DNA of 64,000 nt from an uncultured Lachnospiraceae bacterium. Lineage in GTDB: Bacteria; Bacillota; Clostridia; Lachnospirales; Lachnospiraceae. Numbering within the stretch: position 1 is the first letter of the stretch; each line of letters begins with the position of its first letter. Both the position numbers and the translations under genes were made by a program. The stretch is from contig CATJIO010000174.1 in NCBI GenBank assembly GCA_949740725.1, positions 8,137 through 72,136 on the forward strand, read 5' to 3'. This document shows, piece after piece, positions 49,738-59,848 of the stretch. Under the pieces are notes generated by a model. It was not told the DNA's origin. It ran no database searches and saw nothing but the letters and a program-made list of their open reading frames with translations.

Positions 49738-51072
49738 ATGATGATTATAATCGGAAATGGCCGTCTGGTAACCAGAGATGAGGAGCATCCCTTCTTCGAA
49801 AACGGGGCAGTGGCAGTAGACGGAGGCGCTATCCTGGAGGTGGGAGAGCTGTCTCAGATCAAAGAGAAATACCCGGATGGGGAATTTGTGGACGCCAAGG
49901 GCGGCGTGATCATGCCGGCTTTCATTAATACCCATGAACATATTTACAGTGCCATGGCCAGAGGCCTAAGCATTAATGGCTACGACCCTCATGGCTTTCT
50001 GGATATCCTGGACGGGCAGTGGTGGACCATTGACCGTCACCTGACCTTAGAGCAGACCAGGCAGAGCGCCATGACTACCTATATTGACAGCATTAAGAAT
50101 GGGGTGACTACGGTATTTGACCATCACGCCAGCTTCGGAGAGATTCCGGACAGCCTGTCCGCCATCGAGGACGCGGCGAGAAAGCTGGGGATTCGCACCT
50201 GTCTCTGCTATGAGATCTCGGATCGGGACGGGAAAGAAAAGACTAGGGAATCAGTGCTGGAGAATGAGCGGTTTATCAAACATGCCTTGAAGGATGACAG
50301 CGGCATGATTGCCGGGATGATGGGAATGCACGCATCCTTTACCATATCGGATGAGACCATGGCGATGTGCCAGGAGCACAAGCCGGATGGCGTAGGTTAT
50401 CACATCCATGTGGCAGAAGGGATCGAGGATCTTCATCATTGCTTAAAGCATTATGGAAAGCGGATCTTAGACCGTCTCTACGATTGGGATATCTTAGGGC
50501 CAAAGACCATCACCGCTCACTGCATCTATGTGAATGAGCACGAGATGCAGCTGCTAAAGGATACCGATACGATGGTGGTACATAACCCAGAGTCCAATAT
50601 GGGTAATGCCTGCGGCTGTCCGCCCACCATGGCCATCGTCCATCACGGAGTTTTAACCGGATTGGGTACGGACGGCTACACTCATGATATCCTGGAGTCC
50701 TATAAGGTGGCGAATATTCTTCACAAGCACCATCTCTGCGACGCCACGGCAGCCTGGGGAGAGATCCCGGAGATGCTTTTTAAAGGGAACGCGGCCATTG
50801 CCGGCCGGTATTTCAAACAGGATCTGGGTGTATTAAAGCCTGGCGCGGCGGCGGACGTGATTGTGACGGATTATATTCCCAGGACACCGATGAATGGCTC
50901 TAATGTAAACGGCCATATTCTCTTTGGCATGATGGGCCGAAGTGTAGTGACTACCATGTGCAATGGCCGGATTCTGATGAAAGATCGGGAACTAATTGGG
51001 ATTGACGAGGAGAAGGTGCTGGCGGAGGTAAGAGCGGAAGCAGCGAAACTTTGGAAGCGTATTAATGGATAG
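49738..51072 (+). CDS. ssnA: Amidohydrolase SsnA
   Basis: NTHEHIYSAMARG, DHHAS, GMHASFT, HIHVAEG, HNPESNMGN, LGTDG; start at 49738 with AAGGAG RBS. Confidence 0.93.
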   Translation: MMIIIGNGRLVTRDEEHPFFENGAVAVDGGAILEVGELSQIKEKYPDGEFVDAKGGVIMPAFINTHEHIYSAMARGLSINGYDPHGFLDILDGQWWTIDRHLTLEQTRQSAMTTYIDSIKNGVTTVFDHHASFGEIPDSLSAIEDAARKLGIRTCLCYEISDRDGKEKTRESVLENERFIKHALKDDSGMIAGMMGMHASFTISDETMAMCQEHKPDGVGYHIHVAEGIEDLHHCLKHYGKRILDRLYDWDILGPKTITAHCIYVNEHEMQLLKDTDTMVVHNPESNMGNACGCPPTMAIVHHGVLTGLGTDGYTHDILESYKVANILHKHHLCDATAAWGEIPEMLFKGNAAIAGRYFKQDLGVLKPGAAADVIVTDYIPRTPMNGSNVNGHILFGMMGRSVVTTMCNGRILMKDRELIGIDEEKVLAEVRAEAAKLWKRING

Positions 51073-51085
51073 AGAGGAAAATATA

Positions 51086-54076
51086 ATGAGCGATAAGATG
51101 ACACCAATTCCATTTTCTAATTTAATGGAGTGGATTTTAGCAGAACAGAAAAAGGGTACAGTTTTCGGGATTCACCGTCCGTTTATTGCTGAGGAGAAAA
51201 AGGCATATGAAATTTTTGGCCGGAAGCTGGAGACGCCTTTTGGCCCGGCTGCAGGCCCCCACACCCAGCTGGCGCAAAATATCATGGCAGCTTACTATGG
51301 AGGCAGCCGGTTTTTCGAGTTAAAAACAGTACAGATTTTAGACGGGGAGGATCTTCCAGTATCTAAGCCCTGTATCAAGGCAGACGATGAGTGCTACAAT
51401 GTGGAGTGGTCTACGGAGCTGTATGTGCCCCAGGCCTTTGACGAGTATGTAAAGGCCTGGTTTGCCTGCCAGGTGATGGCGAAGGAATTCGGCCTGGGCG
51501 CTATGGACGGTTTCCAGTTTAATATGAGCGTGGGATATGATCTGGCGGGAATCAAGACGGAGAAAATTGACCAGTTCATTGAGGGAATGAAAGATGCGTC
51601 AGGAACTTCTGTATATAAGGAATGCCGGCAGTGGCTTCTGGAGAACTTGGATCGATTCTCTAAGCTGACCAGAGAGGATGTGGAGGCTATTTCTCCGGCA
51701 GTGTGCAACAGCATCACCCTTTCCACCCTTCACGGCTGCCCTCCGGATGAGATCGAACGGATCGCGGTATACTTGCTGACAGAGAAGAAGACCAACACCT
51801 TCATTAAATGTAATCCTACGCTGCTGGGCTATGAGTACGCCAGAAGCCTGATGGATGAGATGGGCTATGACTATGTGGCTTTTGGGGACTTCCACTTTAA
51901 GGATGACCTTCAGTACAGCGATGCCATTCCCATGTTAAAGCGTCTCCAGGCCCTGGCCGATGAGAAGGGGCTGGCTTTCGGCGTAAAGATTACCAATACC
52001 TTCCCAGTGGACATTAAGGCCGGCGAGCTCCCGGGCAATGAGATGTATATGTCTGGAAAGTCCTTGTACGCCCTGTCTATGTCAGTGGCAAAAAAGCTTT
52101 CCACGGATTTCGGTGGCAAGCTGCGGATCTCTTACTCCGGTGGTGCGGATGCATTTAATATTGAAGAGATTGTAGATGCAGGGATCTGGCCGGTGACTAT
52201 GGCGACCACCCTGTTAAAGCCAGGCGGATATCAGAGACTGTCCCAGATCGGTGAGATCTTTGCCAGTAAGGAGGCGGCTGCTTTTACTGGGGTAAAGACA
52301 GAGCGGGTGGCAGAGCTGGTGGAAGAGGTAAAGAAGAATAAATACCATGTAAAGCCAGTGAAACCCCTTCCCTCCAGGAAGATGAAAAGCCAGGTACCCC
52401 TGGTGGACTGCTTTGTGGCGCCCTGTAAGGAGGGCTGCCCTATCCATCAGGACATCACCTGCTACGTAAAGCTGGTAGGAGAAGGAAAATACGAAGAGGC
52501 CATGAAGGTGATCACCGAGAAGAACCCTCTTCCTTTTATCACCGGAACGATCTGCGCCCACAACTGCATGAGTAAATGTACAAGAAACTTTTATGAGGAT
52601 TCGGTAAACATCCGTGGGGCAAAGCTTGCGGCAGCCCAGGGCGGCTATGAGGACTTTATGGCAGGTTGGAGGCCGGAGATCAAAACCAATGGAAAGAAGG
52701 CAGCGATAGTAGGCGGCGGACCTGCAGGCCTCTCTGCAGCCTATTTCCTGGCAAAGGGCGGCTATCAGGTAACCTTGTTTGAAAAGGACGAGGCTCTGGG
52801 CGGCGTAGTCCGGAATATTATTCCTGGCTTCCGCATCTCAGAGGAAGCCATTGAGAAAGATGTGGCTTTGGTAAAGGCCCTGGGTGTGGAGATGATTACC
52901 GGTTCCCAGATCCAGGATGTGAAAGGGTTAAAGGGGCAGTATGACGCGGTGGTATTAGCCGTAGGCGCTTCTGAGCCGGGCGTGCTCCGGCTGGAGGAGG
53001 GGACTCCGGTCAATGCTCTGGCATTCCTGAGGGAGTTTAAGGAAACCGACGGCAAGGCTGACATAGGAAAGAACGTGGTGGTAATCGGCGGAGGAAATAC
53101 AGCTATGGATACAGCCCGGGCAGCAAAGAGAAATGCCGGGGTGGAGAAGGTTTCCCTGGTATATCGCCGGACCAGACGGTACATGCCTGCAGACGCGGAA
53201 GAGCTGGAGATGGCTATGGAGGACGGCGTAGAGTTCGCGGAGCTGCTTTCCCCGGTAAAATTAGCAAAAGGCGTGCTTACCTGCAGGAAAATGGCGCTGG
53301 GAGACTATGACGCCAGCGGAAGAAGAAGCGTGGTGGAAACCCAGGAGGTGGTAGAGATTCCCGCTGACACAGTGATTGCGGCAGTTGGGGAGAAGGTTCC
53401 CTCAGATTTCTACCAGGCAAACGGTATTGCTGTGGATGACCGGGGCCGCGCAGTGGTGAATCCAGAGACGTTGGAGACCAGCGTAAAGGGCATTTACGTG
53501 GCCGGCGACGGCGTAAAGGGCCCGGCTACGGTGGTAGAGGGAATCCGGGACGGCCGCATGGCAGCGGAAGCCATCGCAGGATATGCTCTGGTATCGGATT
53601 TTGACCAGCCTGACGATGAGATGGAAATCTATGAAAAGAAGGGCCGTCTGTTAACGGAGAGCCAAAAGCCAGAGAGCAGCCGCTGTCTCACCTGCTCTGC
53701 TGTGTGTGAGAATTGTGTAGAGGCCTGCCCCAATCGGGCGAATGTTTCCATCACTGTGCCTGGACGCGCTATGCACCAGATTATCCATGTGGACTACATG
53801 TGCAATGAGTGTGGAAACTGCAAGAGCTTCTGTCCTTATGACAGCGCGCCGTATCTGGATAAGTTTACCTTATTTGCCAATGAGGCGGATATGGAAAACA
53901 GCAAGAATAACGGCTTTGCCGTACTGGATCCGAAGGCTGGCTCCTGCAAGGTGAGATTGTTTGGAACCAATTATGATTACACTGTGGGAACGAATCCTGA
54001 GGAGATTCCTGAGGGAATCCGCCAGATTATGGATACCGTGGTTAAGGACTATAGCTATTTATTGATGAGAGCGTAA
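51086..54076 (+). CDS. ygfK: YgfK Fe-S flavoprotein oxidoreductase
   Basis: GPAAGPHTQLAQN, STLHGCPPDEIE, GGGPAG, GGGNTAMD, C-terminal CNECGNC..FCP. Confidence 0.95.
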   Translation: MSDKMTPIPFSNLMEWILAEQKKGTVFGIHRPFIAEEKKAYEIFGRKLETPFGPAAGPHTQLAQNIMAAYYGGSRFFELKTVQILDGEDLPVSKPCIKADDECYNVEWSTELYVPQAFDEYVKAWFACQVMAKEFGLGAMDGFQFNMSVGYDLAGIKTEKIDQFIEGMKDASGTSVYKECRQWLLENLDRFSKLTREDVEAISPAVCNSITLSTLHGCPPDEIERIAVYLLTEKKTNTFIKCNPTLLGYEYARSLMDEMGYDYVAFGDFHFKDDLQYSDAIPMLKRLQALADEKGLAFGVKITNTFPVDIKAGELPGNEMYMSGKSLYALSMSVAKKLSTDFGGKLRISYSGGADAFNIEEIVDAGIWPVTMATTLLKPGGYQRLSQIGEIFASKEAAAFTGVKTERVAELVEEVKKNKYHVKPVKPLPSRKMKSQVPLVDCFVAPCKEGCPIHQDITCYVKLVGEGKYEEAMKVITEKNPLPFITGTICAHNCMSKCTRNFYEDSVNIRGAKLAAAQGGYEDFMAGWRPEIKTNGKKAAIVGGGPAGLSAAYFLAKGGYQVTLFEKDEALGGVVRNIIPGFRISEEAIEKDVALVKALGVEMITGSQIQDVKGLKGQYDAVVLAVGASEPGVLRLEEGTPVNALAFLREFKETDGKADIGKNVVVIGGGNTAMDTARAAKRNAGVEKVSLVYRRTRRYMPADAEELEMAMEDGVEFAELLSPVKLAKGVLTCRKMALGDYDASGRRSVVETQEVVEIPADTVIAAVGEKVPSDFYQANGIAVDDRGRAVVNPETLETSVKGIYVAGDGVKGPATVVEGIRDGRMAAEAIAGYALVSDFDQPDDEMEIYEKKGRLLTESQKPESSRCLTCSAVCENCVEACPNRANVSITVPGRAMHQIIHVDYMCNECGNCKSFCPYDSAPYLDKFTLFANEADMENSKNNGFAVLDPKAGSCKVRLFGTNYDYTVGTNPEEIPEGIRQIMDTVVKDYSYLLMRA

Positions 54077-54145
54077 TGAACATAGCGTTTCCGGAGGCCT
54101 TGGCCGGGATATAGGGACAAAGCTTCCGGGAGAAGGGAGAGCATA

Positions 54146-54385
54146 ATGGCGAGAGTAAAGAAGCCAATGGTGGTGTTTACCTTTCATACCACCACCCAGG
54201 CGATGCTTATGGAGCAATGGGGTAAAAAGGAGGGCGCTGGGGGACGGCTGATTCCGGTGCCCAGGCAGATCTCCGCCGGATGCGGCATGGCTTGGTGCGC
54301 TCCCCTCTCGGAACGCCCGAGATTGGAACAACTGACAAGAGAACGTGAAATAGAAGTGGAGGATGTGTATGAGCTCCTTTTGTAA
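54146..54385 (+). CDS. DUF3343 domain protein
   Basis: VFTFHTTTQAM..E, GRLIPVPRQISAGCGMAW. Confidence 0.85.
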   Translation: MARVKKPMVVFTFHTTTQAMLMEQWGKKEGAGGRLIPVPRQISAGCGMAWCAPLSERPRLEQLTREREIEVEDVYELLL

Positions 54386-56954
54386 AGTTTGGATTAATGG
54401 GACAGAGATGGAAGTGGATTCGGAGAGAAAGCTCATTGATGTGCTGAGGAGAGACTGCCATTGCAAATCCGTAAAGGACGGCTGCAGCGAGGGCGCCTGC
54501 GGCACTTGCACAGTTTTGGTGGACGGAAAAGCCACCAAGGCCTGTGTGCAGAAGATGAGCCGGATGGAGGGAAAGCATATCCTGACGGTAGAGGGATTAA
54601 GCCAGCGGGAGAAGGATGTTTTCGTCTACGCCTTCGGAGAGGCAGGGGCGGTACAGTGCGGATTCTGCATTCCTGGCATGGTAATCTGCGGCAAAGGGCT
54701 TTTAGACAGCAACCCCGACCCAAGCCGGGTGGAGATCGCCTTTGCTATTCGGAATAATTTCTGCCGCTGCACTGGCTATAAGAAGATTATCGATGGGATC
54801 CAGCTGGCAGGGAGAATGCTCCGGGAAAGCCTGACTCCGGAGGATATGGAGAAAGAGAAGAATGCCGGGGAAAAGGTGAAGGTGGGCAGCCCCATCCACC
54901 GGGTTGATGTGGAAGGAAAGGTGCTGGGAACAGGGGAGTATGTGGATGACATTGAGTTGCCGGGGATGGTCTACGGCAGCGCGGTTCGCAGCAAATATCC
55001 CAGAGCCAGGGTACTTTCCATTGACACCAAAAAGGCCAAGGCACTTCCTGGGGTGGTGTGTGTTTTGACTAAGGAAGATGTGCCGGGAAAGAATAAAGTG
55101 GGCCATTTGAAACAGGATTGGGATACCATGATTGGCGTGGGAGAGATCACCCATTATCTGGGAGATGCCATCGCCCTGGTGGCGGCGGAAACGCCGGAGA
55201 TCCTGGCGCAGGCCAAAGAACTGGTGGAAGTAGCGTATGAGGAATTAATTCCTATGACCTGTCCGGAGGACAGCCTAGCGGAGGGTGCGCCAGAGCTTCA
55301 CGAAGGGGGAAATATCCTGAGCCATGAGCACCTGGTGCGGGGAAATGCAGAGGAAGTCATCGCCAATTCCAAATATCAGGTGACCAGGCATTATGAGACT
55401 CCCTGGACTGAGCATGCCTTCTTGGAGCCGGAGGCAGCGGTAGCGTTCCCCTTTGAAGATGGCGTTTTCGTCTATTCCACGGATCAGGGGACGTATGACA
55501 CTCGCCACGAGACATCAATCCTGCTGGGCCTTCCTCCAGAGAAGGTGATTGTGGAGAATAAGCTGGTGGGCGGCGGTTTTGGAGGCAAGGAAGATGTGAC
55601 GGTGCAGCATCATGCGGCGCTCATCGCTTATCTCACCAAAAGGACGGTGAAATGTAAGCTTACCAGAAAGGAAAGCATCCTGGTTCATCCTAAGCGCCAT
55701 CCCATGAGCATTGATATGACTCCCGCCTGTGACGAAAATGGGATGCTTACAGCCATGAAGGCAGTCGTTGTTTCCGATACCGGGGCATATGCTTCCCTGG
55801 GCGGCCCAGTCCTCCAGAGAGCCTGTACTCATGCGGCAGGACCGTATAATTATCAGGTAATCGATATAGACGGGACGGCGGTGTATACCAACAATCCTCC
55901 GGCTGGGGCGTTTCGGGGCTTTGGGGTGACCCAGACCTGTTTTGCTACAGAGTGTAATTTGAACCTGCTGGCGGAGATGGTGGGCATCAGCCCCTGGGAG
56001 ATCCGTTACCGCAATGCTATCCGGCCAGGGCAGGTGCTTCCCAACGGGCAGATCGCTGATGCTTCCACCGGATTGGCAGAGACTTTGGAGGCGGTGAAGG
56101 AGGCCTACGAGAGCAGCCCCTACGTGGGGATCGGCTGTGCCATGAAGAATGCAGGCGTGGGCGTGGGGATCCCGGATACCGGACGTGTGCGACTGATGGT
56201 GGAGGATGGGAAGGTGCATATCCATGCCGGCGCTTCCTGTATCGGCCAGGGCCTGGGAACCGTACTGGTACAGATGCTCTGCGAGACTTTGGAGGAGAGT
56301 GTGGACCGGATGGTCTATCACCAGCCAAATACCGGAAAGGCTCCGGACTCTGGCACCACCTCTGGTTCCCGCCAGACGCTGATCACCGGCGAGGCGGCCA
56401 GAAGGGCTGGCGGGGAATTAAAGGCCTGTCTGAAGGAGGCTGGCGGCGACTGGTCTAAATTGGAAGGCAGGGAGTTCTATGGAGAATATCTGGCAAAGAC
56501 GGATAAGATGGGAAGTCCAGTGCCCAACCCAGTATCTCACGTGGCTTACGGCTATGCCACCCAGGTGTGTATCCTGAACGAGGATGGCACAGTGAAAAAG
56601 ATTGTGGCGGCTCACGATGTGGGCAAGGCGGTGAATCCCAAGAGCGTAGAGGGCCAGATCGAGGGCGGAGTGGTGATGAGCTTAGGTTATGCCCTGACGG
56701 AGCAGTATCCGTTAAAGGATTGTGTGCCCAGCGCTAAATTCGGTACCTTGGGGCTCTTCCGGGCAGATAAGACGCCAGAGGTGGAGAGCATTGTGGTGGA
56801 AAAAGAGGGCATTGACGTGGCCTACGGGGCTATCGGCGTAGGGGAGATCACCTCTATTCCCACAGCGCCAGCGGTACAAGGGGCCTATTATCGATGGAAT
56901 GGAGAGTTCCAGACTTCCCTGCCATTAACAGGGACGCCTTACCGGAAGAAGTAA
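54369..56954 (+). CDS. xdh: Selenium-dependent xanthine dehydrogenase-family molybdoenzyme (2Fe-2S and Mo subunits fused)
   Basis: GCSEGACGTC, QCGFCIPG, CRCTGY, VGGGFGGKE, GAFRGFG, GQIEGG; start at 54369 behind GGAGG. Confidence 0.92.
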   Translation: MSSFCKVWINGTEMEVDSERKLIDVLRRDCHCKSVKDGCSEGACGTCTVLVDGKATKACVQKMSRMEGKHILTVEGLSQREKDVFVYAFGEAGAVQCGFCIPGMVICGKGLLDSNPDPSRVEIAFAIRNNFCRCTGYKKIIDGIQLAGRMLRESLTPEDMEKEKNAGEKVKVGSPIHRVDVEGKVLGTGEYVDDIELPGMVYGSAVRSKYPRARVLSIDTKKAKALPGVVCVLTKEDVPGKNKVGHLKQDWDTMIGVGEITHYLGDAIALVAAETPEILAQAKELVEVAYEELIPMTCPEDSLAEGAPELHEGGNILSHEHLVRGNAEEVIANSKYQVTRHYETPWTEHAFLEPEAAVAFPFEDGVFVYSTDQGTYDTRHETSILLGLPPEKVIVENKLVGGGFGGKEDVTVQHHAALIAYLTKRTVKCKLTRKESILVHPKRHPMSIDMTPACDENGMLTAMKAVVVSDTGAYASLGGPVLQRACTHAAGPYNYQVIDIDGTAVYTNNPPAGAFRGFGVTQTCFATECNLNLLAEMVGISPWEIRYRNAIRPGQVLPNGQIADASTGLAETLEAVKEAYESSPYVGIGCAMKNAGVGVGIPDTGRVRLMVEDGKVHIHAGASCIGQGLGTVLVQMLCETLEESVDRMVYHQPNTGKAPDSGTTSGSRQTLITGEAARRAGGELKACLKEAGGDWSKLEGREFYGEYLAKTDKMGSPVPNPVSHVAYGYATQVCILNEDGTVKKIVAAHDVGKAVNPKSVEGQIEGGVVMSLGYALTEQYPLKDCVPSAKFGTLGLFRADKTPEVESIVVEKEGIDVAYGAIGVGEITSIPTAPAVQGAYYRWNGEFQTSLPLTGTPYRKK

Positions 56955-57033
56955 AGACGGAACGGCTTGCGCTGGTTGAGAGTATGCAGATACGATGGAG
57001 ACTTGATTTGCCATCATGAGAAAGAGGCGGCGT

Positions 57034-58401
57034 ATGAAGAAATTATTAAAAGGCGGCCAGGTGGTTTCCCCTTCTGGCGTGTCTTTGATGGATGTGCTTT
57101 TGGAGAATGAGAAAATATCCGCAGTAGGACAGGGCCTGTCCGGTGAGGACGCCCAGGTGGAGGATGTGACAGGGAAGCTGTTGTTTCCCGGGTTTATTGA
57201 CGCCCATACCCATTTTGACCTTCATGTGGCAGGGACGGTGACCGCGGATGATTTTGCCACTGGGACCAAGGCGGCGATCCGGGGAGGCACTACCACCATC
57301 GTGGACTTTGGGACACAGTATCCGGGGGAGACCATGGAGGAGGGGCTGAGAAACTGGCGCCAGAAGGCAGATGGAAAGTGCTCCTGCGATTATGGCTTCC
57401 ACATGTCCATTACGGAGTGGAGCCCAGAGCTTAGCCAGGAGATTGACCGGATGATGGAAGCAGGGATTACCTCCTTTAAGCTGTATATGACCTATGATAC
57501 CCAGGTGGATGATAAGACGATTTACCAGGTGTTAAAGCGCCTGAAGGAAGTGAAGGGAATCGCCGGGGTGCACTGTGAGAACAGCGGCGTCATCGCGGCG
57601 CTCCAGGAGGAGGCTATTGCGGGAGGACGGATAGGGGTGGCAAGCCATCCGGCTACCAGGCCGGCTCAGGCAGAGGCAGAGGCTATCGGGCGGCTGCTCC
57701 GTCTGGCCCAGATCGCCCAGGCGCCGGTAATGGTGGTGCACCTTACCTGTGAGGAAGGATTAAAGGAAATCCGGGCGGCCAGGGAGCGGGGACAGGAGGT
57801 CTATGCGGAAACCTGTCCCCAGTACCTGCTGATGGACGACCAGCTTTACCAGCTTCCCGGCTTTGAGGGGGCAAAGTATGTGATCGCGCCTCCCCTTAGG
57901 AAAAAACGGGATCAGGATGCGCTGTGGAAAGGGCTGGAGGAGGGGGAGATTCAGACGATTTCCACAGACCATTGCAGTTTTACCACTCGGCAGAAAGAGC
58001 TGGGCAAAGAGGACTTCCGGAAGATTCCCGGCGGTATGCCCGGAGTGGAGACCAGAGGGATTTTGCTATACAGTGAAGGCGTAGAGAAGGGAAGGATTTC
58101 CCTGGAAAAGATGTGTGCCCTGTTGGCGGAAAACCCGGCGAAGCTCTATGGGATGTATCCGAAAAAAGGCGTGATCGCCCCAGGAAGTGACGGGGATATC
58201 GTGGTGTTGGACCCGGCGGCAGAGGATGTGATTACCGCCAGGGACCAGCTGCAGAATGTGGACTATACGCCTTTTGAAGGAAAGAAGGTAAAAGGGAGGA
58301 TTCAGTCTGTGTATCTGCGAGGGCAGAAGGTGGTGGAGAATCACCAGGTAGTCCAAGAATTAAAAGGGCAGTATGTGGCGCGGGGGACGTACCAGCGGTA
58401 G
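57034..58401 (+). CDS. hydA: Dihydropyrimidinase/hydantoinase (HyuA-like)
   Basis: PGFIDAHTH, GGTTTIVDF, SFKLYM, VHCEN, ETCPQYL, STDHCSF, IPGGMPGVE. Confidence 0.92.
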   Translation: MKKLLKGGQVVSPSGVSLMDVLLENEKISAVGQGLSGEDAQVEDVTGKLLFPGFIDAHTHFDLHVAGTVTADDFATGTKAAIRGGTTTIVDFGTQYPGETMEEGLRNWRQKADGKCSCDYGFHMSITEWSPELSQEIDRMMEAGITSFKLYMTYDTQVDDKTIYQVLKRLKEVKGIAGVHCENSGVIAALQEEAIAGGRIGVASHPATRPAQAEAEAIGRLLRLAQIAQAPVMVVHLTCEEGLKEIRAARERGQEVYAETCPQYLLMDDQLYQLPGFEGAKYVIAPPLRKKRDQDALWKGLEEGEIQTISTDHCSFTTRQKELGKEDFRKIPGGMPGVETRGILLYSEGVEKGRISLEKMCALLAENPAKLYGMYPKKGVIAPGSDGDIVVLDPAAEDVITARDQLQNVDYTPFEGKKVKGRIQSVYLRGQKVVENHQVVQELKGQYVARGTYQR

Positions 58402-58408
58402 AGAATAA

Positions 58409-58471
58409 AGCAAAATAGGAAACAGCGGCATATCAATGTGTGATATGATGCCGCTGTTTCCTATTTTTGCT
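58409..58471. terminator. Bidirectional terminator
   Basis: AAAATAGGAAACAGCGGCAT...ATGCCGCTGTTTCCTATTTT inverted repeat. Confidence 0.85.
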
Positions 58472-58478
58472 CTCAAAT

Positions 58479-59054
58479 TTACGAATGGTCAAGCCCCTTT
58501 AGCGCGCAAGCGCTCAGCCGGGCGAGAATCGCCTCGCGGTATTGGGCATGGTGGGGCATTCCGCCTCCCATTCCCCCAAACTTTGGCAGCATAAGCTTGA
58601 GAAAATTACCATTTTTCATGGTGATAGAGCAGTTAAACGACCCCATCCATCCCTTTTTGACGACGCATTTTCGTATCTCGTCCAGTGGGAAGCAGCTGCC
58701 CACATCCTGGACAGCGATAGTGGTATGGAGTTCCTCTGCCACAGTGCCGTTCAGATCCGGATGATCGTTAAATTCATAAAGGTGCATGTACGATTCACAT
58801 TCGGAAAGGATCAAATAATGCTGAGTTATCCCGATATATACATCCGATTTTGAGTACTTGCACTTGCTGATTTCCAGGGTAGCTCCATTTTTTTCCGGGA
58901 TCAGCTGCTCTCCGATAAGAATGCAATTTACAAAAACCTGTTTAATTTCTGATGCAATTCCAATACCATGTATGCCTGCGATCAGCGTTTCGCCTTTGGG
59001 AATCCGCTGCTCTAAATATTGTATCATAGTTTTTTCATCGAAAATACTGGACAT
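58479..59054 (-). CDS. Hypothetical protein
   Basis: 191-aa ORF with AAGGAGG RBS, directly downstream of the Imm51-like gene. Confidence 0.7.
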   Translation of the reverse strand: MSSIFDEKTMIQYLEQRIPKGETLIAGIHGIGIASEIKQVFVNCILIGEQLIPEKNGATLEISKCKYSKSDVYIGITQHYLILSECESYMHLYEFNDHPDLNGTVAEELHTTIAVQDVGSCFPLDEIRKCVVKKGWMGSFNCSITMKNGNFLKLMLPKFGGMGGGMPHHAQYREAILARLSACALKGLDHS

Positions 59055-59072
59055 AGAGGCCTCCTTTACAAA

Positions 59073-59598
59073 TTAATCCCACTCAATCTCGTTGCCTTCT
59101 TCTCTTATAATTCGATATAGCTCATCTTCATGATCAATCAAAGATACCCTTAGTGGACAAAGGGACACACGGTTTTGCACCACAGCAGTGGGATTCTGCC
59201 GCTAAGGCACAAAACTCCTTTGGATCCCAAGTACCGGATTTTGGTGACTGGCAAGGCAACGGAATGAGGCGTACTGGACGTACGCCGATTGACGGTAACG
59301 CCGCCAGCCGCCAAAAGACGGCCCTTGGGGCGTGTATCCCCTTGTCCACTGAGGGTATGATAATCTCGGCAAAGCATTCAGCCTTTTGTTCATTTTCCCT
59401 GGTTAATGTATAGAAGGCGGCATAAGAACCTGCTTCTGGGTCACTGTCCATTCCTTTCAAAAGATCCGGTGCATGTTTTGAAAGGTAGTAATTGAAAAAA
59501 GCGTCCCAGTTGTAGCCATTCATATAGGCATTTTTATTGATTTCAGCCATCCTTTCACCAATGGAAAAGGGTTTATCAATTTTTACGTAGTCAGGCAT
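59073..59598 (-). pseudogene. Imm51-like immunity protein interrupted by a MITE
   Basis: AYMNGYNW...DPEAG motif; removing 59147-59357 restores a 104-aa ORF ending AEIIISLIDHEDELYRIIREEGNEIEWD*. Confidence 0.8.
59147..59355. mobile_element. 209-bp MITE with 25-bp TIRs and TA target-site duplication
   Basis: TIRs CCCTTAGTGGACAAAGGGACACACG / CCCTCAGTGGACAAGGGGATACACG (22/25 identical), flanked by TA at 59145-59146 and 59356-59357; no transposase. Confidence 0.88.
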
Positions 59599-59812
59599 CG
59601 CAACACTCCTCCTTAAAAGATTCTAAGAGATAATCGGTTAAGTTTTTAATGATTCTATTATACTGCAATTATTTTCCATATGAAATAGGTTTTTTATAAA
59701 AAGGAGTAGTAATAAATCAGATACAAAGACGAAAAAATATCCCAATATACAAAAAAACTATGTTATGATTAAAAAAACGAAAGGCTTTGCTCACAGGCGA
59801 AGCGCGGACGGG

Positions 59813-59848
59813 AAGCCGGTCTGTTTAAAAGGCAGACGGGCTTTTTTT
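59813..59848 (+). terminator. Terminator-like hairpin in the 5' region of yedE
   Basis: AAGCCGGTCTGTTT-AAA-AGGCAGACGGGCTT followed by a T-run. Confidence 0.6.

Noticed and set aside
55515-56321. Long antisense ORFs (also 1813-2406, 33408-34025, 35594-36337)
   Set aside because: Shadow frames of well-supported genes, with no recognisable motifs
59776-59812. ANTAR dual-hairpin motif in the yedE leader
   Set aside because: Loops AAAGGC and ACAGGC fit A1/G4, but the flanking stems are too weak to support it
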